Assembly (NCBI RefSeq): GCF_018350175.1
Contig: NC_058383.1
Coordinates: forward strand, 18,974,001 to 19,038,000
Reading direction: 5' to 3'
From: Felis catus
Taxonomy: Eukaryota
Length of the DNA stretch: 64,000 nucleotides
Positions 1 to 11,620 of the stretch are shown here, one piece after another (position 1 is the first letter of the stretch; the number at the start of each line of letters is the position of its first letter). A model generated the notes under the pieces. That model was not told where the DNA came from, ran no database searches, and was given only the letters and a program-made list of their open reading frames with translations. Position numbers and translations under genes: made by a program.

Positions 1-1050
1 AGCTCCTCTTTCTCCGTATCCTCGCCAACATCCCTTGTTGCCTGAGTTGTTAATGTGAGCCATTCTGACAGGTGTGAGGTGGTATCTCATCGTGGTTTTG
101 ATTTGTGTTTCCCTGATGATGAGTGATGGTGAGCAGCTTTTCATGTGTTTGCTAGCCATCTCTGGCTTCTTGGGAGAAATGTTTGTTCATGTCTTCTGAC
201 CATTATTTGATTGGATTGTTTGTTTTTTGGGTGTTGAGTTGTATCAGTTCTTTATATATTTTGGATGCTAACCCTTTATTGGACATGTCACCTGCAAATT
301 ATCTTCTTCTGTTCCGCCGTTCAACCACTCTCTGAAGTGGTTGTGCCAGTGTATGCTTCACCGGCAGCAGTATGTGCATGTTCTAACTGCTCAACAGCCT
401 TACCAACTCTTGTTCTTGTCCTTTTAACTTTAGCCGTTTTGGTAGATGCATAGTGCCGTCATGGTTTTAATTTGCATTTTCCTGACAACGGATGAGGTTG
501 AGCACTTCTTTTCTGTATACGCTTAACATTTTTTATTTTTTATTTTTTATTTTAGAGAGAGTGCAAATGGGGGAGAGAGAGGCAGAGCGAGAGAAAGAGA
601 GAATCTTAAGCAGGCTCCATGCTCGGTGTGGAGCCTGATGTGTGGCTCGATCCCGTGACCCTGGGATTATGACCTGGGTGAAATCAAGAGTAAGATGCTC
701 AACTGACTGAGCCACCCAGGTGTCCCTGAATAGGCTTTTTGAATACCTTCTTAGAATTAACTGTTTGTCAAAAAGTTGAATCCTTTGTTTTTCCTTACTG
801 ATTTGTACTCTAAGTCTCTGTTGGAAATATCTTTTCCCATTTTGTGGCTTTCTTTTGCGTGCTCTTCCTTATGCCATTTGATGAATATTCTGATTTATCA
901 ATCTTTCCCTTTGTTTAGTGCTTTTATGTGTCCTTTTCAAGGAATTTTTCCCTACCCCAAAGTCATGAAGATGCTCTACGTTATCTTTTAGAAGCTTTAT
1001 TGTTTTCTCTCTCACATTTTATATCTGTTGTCCAACTGTAATTGTTCTGT
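1..1050 (-). mobile_element. LINE-1 fragments (younger 1-315, older 320-1050) interrupted by a SINE
   Basis: Antisense L1 ORF2 3'-end motifs (cattctgacaggtgtgaggtggtatctcat; ttttaatttgcatttt). Confidence 0.75.
529..726 (-). mobile_element. Carnivore tRNA-derived SINE (CAN-SINE)
   Basis: poly-T tail, (GA)n, ends gactgagccacccaggtgtccc. Confidence 0.9.
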
Positions 1051-1697
1051 GTGAATGTGTCTTACTTGGTTTTAATTTAATCTTGTCTTTCCTTAGTTCT
1101 TCAAGATCCGGATCTTACATCCCAAGCACAAGCTGGGACGCAGTTGGGTGTATTGAGTCCTGAGTGTGCTTCGTAAGTTAGTCACTACAGGGCTTGAGTA
1201 GTCTTTGGGAATTGGAGCCTGCTCTTCCTACCACATCATGGCACGTGGGTTTTGTTTTATGTCCTTTGTTCCTTCATTACTGGAAAGTGAAGTCTGCACG
1301 GAATCTTACCACTTCCTTACTTGCCTTTAATCCCTAAACCCACAGCAATCTGGATTTTGACTTCATCCCCTCCTTGAAACATCTGGCAAAGGTTCCAGTA
1401 GCCTTCTCGCCAGTCGGGAGGAATTCGCCAGTATCCTTCGAGCTCTCTGCCGGTCTTGAACCTATCTTTTCTGTCTTTGCATCTCTGTTCTGTGTATATG
1501 ACTTTGATCTCTTTTTTGTCTCCTGTAAACTTTTACATAGTTTCATTTTGAAATCCAGTTGGAAAAGCCTCATTAGAGATGTTTGGACAAAGCCCGTAAA
1601 GCCTGAGGACATGAATCTCCAGTTTCAAAGGAGGCCTACCACTTCAATTTTTTGTTTTGGTTTGTTTTCATTTGGTATTTAAGACCAAATAAAAATG

Positions 1698-1925
1698 GGG
1701 GCGCCTGGGTGGCGCAGTCGGTTAAGCGTCCGACTTCAGCCAGGTCACGATCTCGCGGTCCGTGAGTTCGAGCCCCGCGTCAGGCTCTGGGCTGATGGCT
1801 CAGAGCCTGGAGCCTGTTTCCGATTCTGTGTCTCCCTCTCTCTCTGCCCCTCCCCCGTTCATGCTCTGTCTCTCTCTGTCCCAAAAATAAATAAACGTTG
1901 GAAAAAAAAAAATTAAAAAAAAAAA
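1698..1925 (+). mobile_element. Young feline SINE (SINEC_Fc-like), full length
   Basis: ggggcgcctgggtggcgcagtcgg head, intact CpGs, (CT)n, poly-A, perfect TSD AAGACCAAATAAAAATG. Confidence 0.95.
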
Positions 1926-2660
1926 AAGACCAAATAAAAATGATAGCGGCCATAACTATGAATTAGGTAATTCTTTAGAGTTTACATAGTAGCTTTACGT
2001 GGGTCATTGTGAGGTAGGTGTTAATATTGCTGTCGTAGAAGTGATTGAAAATGTAAACAGCATGCTATTTGTTTTTATTGGCAAGCTCCTGGTGATACTA
2101 CTGGGTTAGGTTTTGGAGTTTCGTTTTTCGTGTAACCGTCACTCGGTGGGGAGCATCCATCCTGTGATCCATGTGGATGCTTTCATCTGTCCACTTTTCT
2201 GTTGGAAGGTTAGCTTGGGTTTGGGCAGTGAGGGTGGATGGGACCGGGAGTGGAGTTAAAGGTGCGTTCTTTGGAGAGATTGTCCTGAACTTGTCCCAGC
2301 AGCATTTAATACAAGGCTGGTAATTGTCAAGTTCACAAACTTGTCCCTGAAGAACCAGTACAAATTAGACCTTGGTGGTGGTTTGCCTCAATGTGCTGAG
2401 CTCGGGTGTTTTCTAGGATCTACCCTGAAATGATTCACTACAAGAAAAAGTTGTGGAGCAGGTGTGATTTGAAGATGTGTCCTTAATTTTCAAGGACCCA
2501 TTTTGACTCCAGAGGAACTACTGATTTATTTTTAACTCAATAGATGACCTAAGTTCAACAGGTATCTGTTAATTTATGTTAAGTTTTGTTTTTTTGCCAG
2601 TAAGTTAAATGGTGAGATTTTCCTTTGATTCTTTCAGATCTTTCCCACAGACAGTTTTTA

Positions 2661-2903
2661 TTTTTTTATTTATTTATTTATTAAAAAAAATTTTTTTTTT
2701 CAACGTTTATTTATTTTTGGGACAGAGAGAGACAGAGCATGAACGGGGGAGGGGCAGGGAGAGAGGGAGACACAGAATCGGAAACAGGCTCCAGGCTCTG
2801 AGCCATCAGCCCAGAGCCCGACGCGGGGCTCGAACTCACGGACCGCGAGATCGTGACCTGGCTGAAGTCGGATGCCCAACCGACTGCGCCACCCAGGCAC
2901 CCC
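2661..2903 (-). mobile_element. Young feline SINE
   Basis: Near reverse complement of the 1698 copy; TSD cacagac(a/t)gttttta. Confidence 0.95.
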
Positions 2904-2934
2904 ACACAGACTGTTTTTAAAACAACAAATTTTT

Positions 2935-2961
2935 TTTCTTTCACAAAACATTTTTAAGCTA

Positions 2962-3054
<93 letters not shown>

Positions 3055-3228
3055 TTTTGAGAGGGAGGAATCAGGGGAGAGGCAGAGAGGGGGAGAGAGT
3101 CCCAAGCCAGCTCTGCACTGTGAGCACAGAGTCTGATGCAGGGCTTGAACTCAGGAACCGTGAGATCTGTGACCTGAGCTGAAAACCAAGAGCCTGATGC
3201 TCAGCCGACTGAGCCACCCAGGTGCCCC
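2935..3228 (-). mobile_element. CAN-SINE with expanded (TTGC)n(TTTA)n tail
   Basis: SINE body 3058-3228; compound tetranucleotide microsatellite about 2963-3055. Confidence 0.9.
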
Positions 3229-3508
3229 AACAAATCTTTTTTTTTTTCCCCCCAAATCAAATGGGTATACCAAGTCGATTTATGAAACAGATCAAAGCAT
3301 TCTTTTACTTACATCAATTCATTTTAGGAATTTGAATATTTAGCATTTACTTAGAAAGCGAGAACAGTGAGATGTTTCGATCAACACAAAAAGTTGAAAA
3401 CCGGTTAAAAAGATTGTGGGCTATTTTAGTCTGACCTTCCGGTTATTTCTCCATTTGAAAAAAAAAGTGTGTGTAAATGTACGTACACACACACACACAC
3501 ACACATGT

Positions 3509-3598
3509 ATTTAAGTAGGCTCCATGCCCAGTGTGGGGCTCAAACTCATGACTCCAAGATTAGGTCACGTGTTCTACCGATTGAGCCAGCCAGGCCCC
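3509..3598 (-). mobile_element. Short tRNA-Lys-like carnivore SINE next to (CA)n
   Basis: Head-only form lacking the (CT)n body. Confidence 0.75.
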
Positions 3599-3632
3599 TT
3601 AAAATACGTAGTTTTTAATAGCTTAATTTGCA

Positions 3633-3834
3633 GGGCCACCTGAGTGGCTCAGTTGGTTAAGTGGTTGACTCTTGGTTTTGGCTCAGGTCACAATATCATA
3701 GTTCATGAGTTCGAGCCCCGCATCGGGCTCTGTGCTCACAGCTCGGAGCCTGCTTCGGATGCTCTATCTCCTCTCTGCCCCTCCCCCCAAGTCGTGCTCG
3801 CTCGCACTCTCTCAAAAATAAATGTTAAAAAGAA
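3633..3834 (+). mobile_element. CAN-SINE
   Basis: TSD AATAGCTTAATTTGCA on both sides. Confidence 0.92.
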
Positions 3835-5266
3835 AATAGCTTAATTTGCAATCCAAGGATATTTTTCAGTTGAACTGATGCATCGGTTTGAAAACAGAGT
3901 AAGAGGGGCCAATCCTGATCATAGCTGTAAACTTCAGACAAATCCCAAGTGCTATAACTATTGTACAGTAATTCCTCACTCAGCGTGCCATTATGACACA
4001 TCACGCAGCCGTTCACGTATGACTGCGGCATGGGAGGGACAGCCGTGCCTGGCACTGCTTGAACGTGACCCCTGTGTGCTCTGTGGTGTGCTTGTGCATG
4101 CCAGTTGATGTGGACGGGCTGGTGTAAGCTTGACTCGGCCCCTGTAATTGGTACCAGGCCCAAGAAATGCCGGTGTTGCCACAGAGGTGGCCCCAGTTCC
4201 TCAGGGTCTTCAAAAGTCAGTTGCCAGGTGGAGGCCTCTGGTAACATTACAGATTGATTACATAACACATTTGAGTGTGGGCTTGCTTTAAAATGCAATT
4301 TTTATCTTTGACTCTTAACTGTGGGGACAGTGGAGAGGATATGGAGGAGGGAGGAGTGGGGAGACTAGAATGAAGAGATAAGAAATCAGAACTGCTCTTG
4401 GCTCTTGATGGTCTCTGGGTACGTAATGCCAGCGCAGATTCAGAAATGGTCTAGGAATGCTCGCCTTCCCGCAGATGGGCAAGTGGAGGAGGGCGGACCC
4501 AAACTCATTGCTGCAAACGATGCCCCTACATGAGTGGGAGAAGAGGGAGTGGGCTTGGAGCCCCAGACGGAAGAGGGAGACGGTGGGCTCTGGGGCTGAG
4601 AGCACCTCCCCTCTCATTCTCCACCTGAGCGGTTCTGCCCAGCGGTTGCCTGTCTGTGGGTCCGTGGCTGGGATGTGCTGATTGGGGGTTGCTGCTCAGT
4701 GTGTTTCCTAGCTGCCTTCGCCTTAGCCTCTGGTGGCTGCTCATTCGAGATGGACAGTTGTCAGAACGTGTGGCTCCTGAAGTGCCTTCAACAACAGCCC
4801 TCAGGAATCCATGCAGCAGTTTGATTGCAGTTGTTGTGAATCAAAATATGGCTAATTGTTTCGACTTGGGGCAAATGTATAGTTGACCGGAAGTCTGTAG
4901 GGAGCCCTGACCTTCTCCCTGGGTCTCTTCTGCCTATTCAGTCAGGGCCAGGGGCTGGTAATTTGCTTTCGATATACTTCCAGAATTAAATTTTGAGTCA
5001 TTTGTTCCCTTTGCCTTAGCATAAATAATTGAAAATCGATTGCACGGTAGCATGGATATGTAGAATACACTCAGAATTTGGGTTTTGAGCCAGCTGGGAA
5101 ATTCCCTTCAGTTTTTCTGAATCCCATGTATTTGAAGAATGTTGAAACGATGTTTGAGGAAGTAAATTACTATTGCTGTTGAATGTGACCTGGAGGGAAC
5201 TGAGGAAAGTAGAACTGGAGACACAGTTACTGATTTTTTTTTTTTTTTCCTAAATACCTTTGTTAG

Positions 5267-5357
5267 GCCTCTGAAGAAGCCTCCCTCAGGGCATTGGAAA
5301 GTCTGATGACAGAATTCTTCCACGATTGTACAACCAACGAAAGAAAACGTGAGATAG
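5267..5357 (+). CDS. XPO6: XPO6 exon 2 (ASEEASLRALESLMTEFFHDCTTNERKREI)
   Basis: ttag|GCCTCT acceptor after a poly-T tract; ATAG|gtaagt donor; 91 nt; missed by the ORF track. Confidence 0.95.
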
Positions 5358-6378
5358 GTAAGTGAAGTGCTGAGCGTCGCCAAGAGTCCTTTCAAACACA
5401 CAAAGTGTGTGGTGAGGAGGAAGGAGTCGGTTGCCTGGGCTGGTCAGGCCTGCTTGTTTCCCCTTAAATTCTTGGCTCTTTTTTGGCTCTTGTTTTGCTG
5501 GTCGGTGGCGTCTGTAAATCAAGGGCTGTGGTTCACGGAGTCCGCCATAATCCACGGTGATGGGTTCTCTCTGGCCAAGTGTGGAAAACCCCTCCCGCCG
5601 CTCTCAATTTCAGCAAAGTTGAACTTCTGTCACAGAAGCCCGTGACTGTTACCTTAAGAAAACAGCTCCTAAAAGTGTCAGAACGACATGGTTTTGGTGT
5701 GTAGAAGTCCAATCCAAACCTTATCTGGTGCCTAGAGGTCCTTTATGTAACTGGTATTCCCTTGGGGGCTGCTGCTACATCTTTATCTCTATGATTGTCT
5801 CCCCCATTCTGCAAGTTGTGATGAATAAAGGCTTCAAACAACAGAGATGAAGATATAATTACCTTGGGTCTCCTGGGAACCTCAGCACCTTCTAGAATTT
5901 CCTTTTGAGTTTCATATTCATTTACATGAGCATTATCCATTGAAGCGCACTGTGAACTGTCAGATCTCTGCCTCAGAGACATGCTGCACTGTGGTCCTAG
6001 AGCACTCTTTTCCCCCCTCTGAGTCCTCACTTAACCCCTGAACTTGAAAATGGAAAATGTTTTCTTCTCTGTCCCAACCTAAAAGCTTTTCCCTCGGATG
6101 TTTGACTGCTGGGTAATAACTTTACATTCATTGTTTTCACCTCCAGGGAGGCCTTTTTGCGTGTCTCTAGGACTCTGGAGGCCCATTTCTCTGCCCCACT
6201 TGGCTTCTCTAAGTCATGTTGGCCAGTTGGGTGTTGTGGCTGATTTCTGCCTTTGGTCCAAGGTTTGACTAAGGTCTGGATTTCCAGGTGGCCAGTAGAC
6301 CTTTGGCTGCAGCCCTTTTTCTCTCGCTTTCTTTGAGCATCATATCAGCTTCTGGTAGTTGAACTTCTTACTTTTACT

Positions 6379-6588
6379 TTTTTTTTCTTAATGCTTATTT
6401 ATCCTTGAGAGACAGTGTGAGTGGGGGAGGGACAGAGAGAGAAAGAGAGGGAGACACAGAATCTGAAGCAGGCTCCAGGCTCTGAGCTGTCAGCACAGAG
6501 CCCGACGTGGGGCTCAAACTCACGAACCGTGAGATCATGACCTGAGCCACAGTTGGACACATAACCAACTAAGCCTCCCAGGCGCCCC
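6379..6588 (-). mobile_element. CAN-SINE
   Basis: Typical antisense body ending ccaggcgcccc. Confidence 0.92.
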
Positions 6589-6887
6589 TTTACTCTTCTA
6601 CTTTTAAACTTGGTGCTCTCTTTTGGGCCTGCCCCGTATATGCCTGTCTTTTCTGACGGAGTGTCTATAGAGAACCAGAGCTTTCATAAACAAGGGATCG
6701 TTGTTAGTTTTATGCTGCCAAAGTACCTTATACTTAACAGTAAAAATACAACTGGTGATTTTTACCAAAGCAGGTGAAGGATCTTTCTCTTACATCAATC
6801 TGCTATATCCCAACACTAATATCTTTGAAGTCCTATTTTTTTAGCTTATAATTGAAGTGGTTTTGGTCTTTCTCTCAATTAAAACAA

Positions 6888-7079
6888 TTTTTCTTTAAAA
6901 GTATTTATTTATTTTGAGGAGGGGAGGGGCAGAGAGAGAGGGAGAAAGAGAATCCCAAACAGGCTCCACACTGTCAGCACGGAACCCGATGCAGGGCTCG
7001 AACTCACACACTGTGAGATCGTGACCCGAGCTGAAGTCAAGGGTTGGACCCTTAACTGACTGAGCCACCCAGGCACCCT
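6888..7079 (-). mobile_element. CAN-SINE
   Basis: Typical antisense body ending cccaggcaccc. Confidence 0.9.
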
Positions 7080-8622
7080 GGGTTTTCTCTCAGTTTTTGG
7101 TTTGCCAAGCAAATATTGCTCACCTTCAGTGTTCATGAATTTAAAGTGGAACCTCTTAACTAAACTTGTATTCTAATCTGATTTTAAAATAGCTTTAAAT
7201 AACCAGATACTACAAATGTCTAATTTAAACACAGGCTAAGGAGAGTCTCCAGGGGTTTGGTTCTATATGGTGGGTGTGTCTCAGTTGGCTTCTCTTTGTA
7301 CCTAGTCTTTGGAGCTTTGTTTGAGTGTGTGGGCTGGAACCGCGTGCTTCCTTTTCCATAGTTTAGGCTAAACTAACTTTCCTGGCGAGGTGGCGGAAAG
7401 GAGGCGCGTTATTAGTACTCTAGAGGTACAGCTGTTAGCAGGGAACCTCAAGGGACAGTCTGGTCATTTTCACAGTGGAGGAAGCCGAAGCATCAAAGAG
7501 GAGCAGTGATCCCTCGGAATCAGACTCCATGAGTGAGCAGCACAGTCTCCAGCCCAGCGTTCCTCATTTCTAGCCAGAGCTTGTTCTTTCCAGTTTGACT
7601 CCTGCTCTGGGATTCATACAAGCTTTTACTTAACCATAAGGCTGCTACAGTGAGGTCTTCTGCTAGCAGAGCAGTGATCTTAGGGTCCTTCCTGCTTTTC
7701 CAGGGGCTTCCTAGAATCTCTGGGGGTTGTTTGCCTTTTATTCATCCTTTTACTCTTCAAAATTTTTCTATTTTTAAACTTCCTTTTTAACCTTTTAAAT
7801 TTATGTTTATTTTGATTTAAAAATTTTTTTACCCCCTTTGTTTTGTATTTCATGCCCTGTGTAGCAGGTCAAGATGACTAAGGGGCAGTGTGTTCGGAAA
7901 CGTGGTGACAGACTTTCAGTGCTTGCTGTCTTGGGCTTCTGGCTGGTGGTACCAGCAGCCTCAGGAGGGGGAAAACCGTTTCTAACTGATTTGATGTGGA
8001 CAGGGCTGCTCGTGGTAACTCCCATGATTGCTCCTCTTACTTACAGACCGTTTTTCATGTGGTAGTTTAGAATGAAACCAAACGAATACCAAATACAGAG
8101 AATTAGCCATCTGTAATTCTCTTGCATTTTTTTCCTGGCCTGTGTTTATAAGGTTAGCCTTAATGTTTTCTTGTCCCGCTTCTTTAGCCATCATTTTGTG
8201 TGTGTTTGTGTGAACACTGTTGAGTCCTGAGGAAATACACATGGCCTGTAACCCAGAGGAAACAGGTTAACAATTAGCCTTCGTTTATAAGGTAAAATGA
8301 TACTTTGATCACTGTCTGCCCACACTTTAGGCTAAGTAAGAACTTTATCATTGAAAGTTTCTCTGCCTCAATTAGTGCCCTTAGGCTATTGGATTGTAGA
8401 TGGCTGAACACATTGTCCATGTTCATTGTCACCTCAGAGTCAGAAAAATGTTGTACAGTCTGTCCTTTCTATCTCCAAGACGCAGCTGGATTTTGCTATT
8501 GTTTTGGGGGCCATTCAGTTATATGGAGAGATGTGTGTTTAAAAACCTGATGAGACAGCCCAGCCATGTGTTAATTTCATGTCTTTTTCATAGCCTTCTT
8601 TGTTGCTATTTAACTTTTTCAG

Positions 8623-8735
8623 AGGAGCTTCTTGATAACTTTGCCCAGCAAATAGGAGCCTGGAGACTCTGCCTGTACTTCCTCTCCAGCACCAGGAATG
8701 ACTATGTCATGATGTACAGTTTAACGGTGTTTGAG
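8623..8735 (+). CDS. XPO6: XPO6 exon 3 (EELLDNFAQQIGAWRLCLYFLSSTRNDYVMMYSLTVFE)
   Basis: tttttcag|AG acceptor; GAG|gtgagt donor; 113 nt; inside ORF 8400..8831. Confidence 0.95.
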
Positions 8736-9539
8736 GTGAGTTGTCAGATGCCTTTATACTGTTCTGAAAAGTCTTTTGTAGTCACGACGCCAGGTCATTG
8801 GCACTTGACTTTAGCTTTGAGGTGCAGCTGACAGGGAAACAGCAGTAGCTCAGCTCAGGGACTTCCTCCCACACGCCGCCCCCGTCAAGATGTCTGGCTT
8901 CTGGGGCACCTTTCCATCTTCAACCCAGAAAGGTGAGGCAGGGCTGGTTTGGTAACGTGTAACTTTGCCTTCCACGTCATCATTTAAAAGAGAAAGGTAA
9001 TGAAAGAGAAACAGTTTGGGAGGAGAGGTGATACCCATAATGCTGTTACCCAGCCAGAAACATTTTCATTTATTTTAACTCTTGCAAATTTTGTCTTCCT
9101 GTGTATATCTTTTCTTTTTAACCTAATTATAATCACGTTGCTCATGCCTCTTTGTATTCTGCTCCCCCCCCCCCCATTTAGCCTTTAAATTATATTCCTA
9201 TATAAGTGGTTATACCATTATTCACCAAGTGGTCCTCCTGTTGTTGAACATTAAAGTTGTTTTCTTCATTTTTTGGTGGCCATCAGAGACAGTGGTGTAA
9301 TAGAAAGTTTTTGCACATGCAGCCTTTTGTTTCTGTGAAGTTATTTAGTGGCTCTTTCGAGGATGGGATTGTTGTATTATAGGGTTTGAATATTCCTAGT
9401 ACTCTTATTGCTAAATTGCCCTAAGCCTTTGTTTAAAAGCAGGGTCTTTTGTTTGAGATGATGTAGCTAACCGTTGGATGAAAGCCGGTTATTGTTGTGT
9501 ACAGATGGTTCACTTAGAAGACGTGTATTTGTTTTTCAG

Positions 9540-9737
9540 AATCTGATCAATAAAATGTGGCTTGGGGTCCCATCTCAAGATAAGATGGAAATCCGTAGCT
9601 GCCTGCCCAAACTCCTTTTGGCTCACCACAAAACCTTACCTTACTTTATCCGGAACAAGCTCTGCAAAGTTATTGTTGATATTGGCCGTCAAGATTGGCC
9701 CATGTTCTACCATGACTTTTTTACGAACATTTTACAG
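9540..9737 (+). CDS. XPO6: XPO6 exon 4 (NLINKMWLGVP...FFTNILQ)
   Basis: tttttcag|AAT; CAG|gtaagg; 198 nt. Confidence 0.96.
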
Positions 9738-11129
9738 GTAAGGATATACCTAAGGAAACTTCATCTCATAAACTGTTTGTTTGTAGAAGTGATTATTTCT
9801 TTGTCTTGAGGGGGAGTTTTCAGATTAGCATTTTGGAACTGCGGTAGTGAGGTCATCGTAGGACAAATTATCCACTTCGTGTTCTTGAGACATGTACCTT
9901 TGTGCTTGTTGAACGGGGACGGGGGCGGGGGGGGGGGGTGGATAACCCAGTCGCTTTGTTAACCTCATGGGAAATTTTGTTCAGCAAAGATCTGAAAGCC
10001 TGTTAGGTCCTGTGCCAGGTGTTGGGGTGCATGGCTGAGGCCTTTGATGGTTACGCTTTAGTAAGAAGATGGCTGTGCAAACGATCGTCCGACACTGTGG
10101 AAGTGTGTGTGGCGTGCAACGGTGGCATACAGCCTGCAGACCCCAGAAGCTGAGGTGTCCTCAGTGTTGTTGGGTGAGGCGGTGGGGTGCTGGAGTAAGA
10201 GACCAGATTGATGGGCTGGGGCCAGGCTGGGAAGGGCCCTGCTCTTGCAGGGGGCTTCAATTTGTAACCTATAGTCCTTCCGTGGGAGCTAATGAAAAGT
10301 GTGTAGAAGGGGGGAAGACAGGGCCACATTTTCGTGTTGGAGCCACAACTCTGGAACATTATGGGGTGTGGATCGAAGAGGGGCGAGGCTGGACCCCTGA
10401 CGCTGCTGTTGGAAAGATAGGAGCTACCGTGAGGACCTGGCCCCTGGGCCTCTCTGGCAGGTGGAGGCGGGGCACTTAGGAGACCTAGTCAGGAGGCTGT
10501 GGTTAGTGACTGGGTGGTGGAGGTGAGGCAAGGGCGGGATCTGGAATACCTTCCCGGTTTCTGGCTCAGATAGCAGATTCTCCAGGCCAGGGGTGAAGGA
10601 AGAGGAAATGAGTTGGGGTGGAAGATGGGGAATTCAATTTGGCAGAAAAGGCACTTAATATTTGTGCCCTCCTTCTTTACCTGAGACATTGGGAGCTGTG
10701 GATCTGGGGCTCGGGAAGGTGGTCGGGGCGCAGGTCAGGATTTGGAAGTCATCAGGGCAAAAGGTGGGACCCAAAAGCCAAGCGGGAGATGCCGTTGTTC
10801 ATTTGAATCCTATGCGGAAGTTGGAAACACTTTCATATTATTGAGGTAGTCACGGGTATACAGGAAATGGGCATTAGGTATCGTTTATAGAATAAAATTC
10901 TTTGAAAGTTAGTGTCTCGGTGACTGTAGGCTCAGGATTTTCTAACATTCTGTCTGCTCTTGTTACAAAGAATTAGAAACTAATTCTTTCTTAGCAACTA
11001 AGAAAAAATAGAGCATCCTTATTGCTTCTCTCAGACTGCCTCAAAGTGATACAGAAATTCTTCATTCAGTATTGTTTTGTGTAGTGACTCCATTTATCTA
11101 AAGGTTTATTGGGTTGATTCTGCAAAGGA

Positions 11130-11620
11130 GATTCGTGCATTTACTCAGTAAGTTGTTTGTTGAATACCAGCCGTGCGCTAACTAAACGTGTGGGGAGATG
11201 GTAATGAAACAAAACAATGGCTCTGCCTTCTGGAGCTTATAATCTCAAGGAGGAGACATCCGTAAACAATAAACAAATAGACTTATAGGTGCTTCTGAGT
11301 GTTATGAAGAAAATTAAATCCAAGGCAAGGAGAAAGAGCGTCGGGGGTGTTGTCTAGACGGCGTGATGAGAAGGCTTTTTTTGAGGAGCAGCCATTCGAG
11401 TAGAAGCCTGAGTGGAAGTGATGGAGTGAGCCATGTGGGTATCTAGGGGAACAGTGTTGGAGGGAGAGGGAATAGTAGGTGCAAGGACCCTGAAGAATGG
11501 CAAGGAGGCCGGCGGGCCCGAAGGGGTAGGACACGAGGGGAGAGGTTTTGCTGGCTCTCTGTGGTATATTTGCCTTCACTCCAAGTTGAGGACAGTTGTG
11601 GTCACTCTCCACGGCCTCCC
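11130..11620 (-). mobile_element. LINE-2 fragment (similar remnants near 10000-10760, 16270-16980, 53400-53700)
   Basis: L2 3'-end pattern: catttactcag...tgaataccag...ctctgccttctggagcttataatct, then purine-rich body. Confidence 0.6.

Noticed and set aside
1695..1916. Recurrent ORFs such as MGAPGWRSRLSVRLQPGHDLAVREFEP (also near 2700, 16343, 42047)
   Set aside because: Translations of SINE copies, not a gene family.
2417..2561. Tiny exon-like units in intron 1 (about 2417-2461 and 2544-2561)
   Set aside because: Weak donors (gtgtga, gtatct); too common by chance without transcript data.
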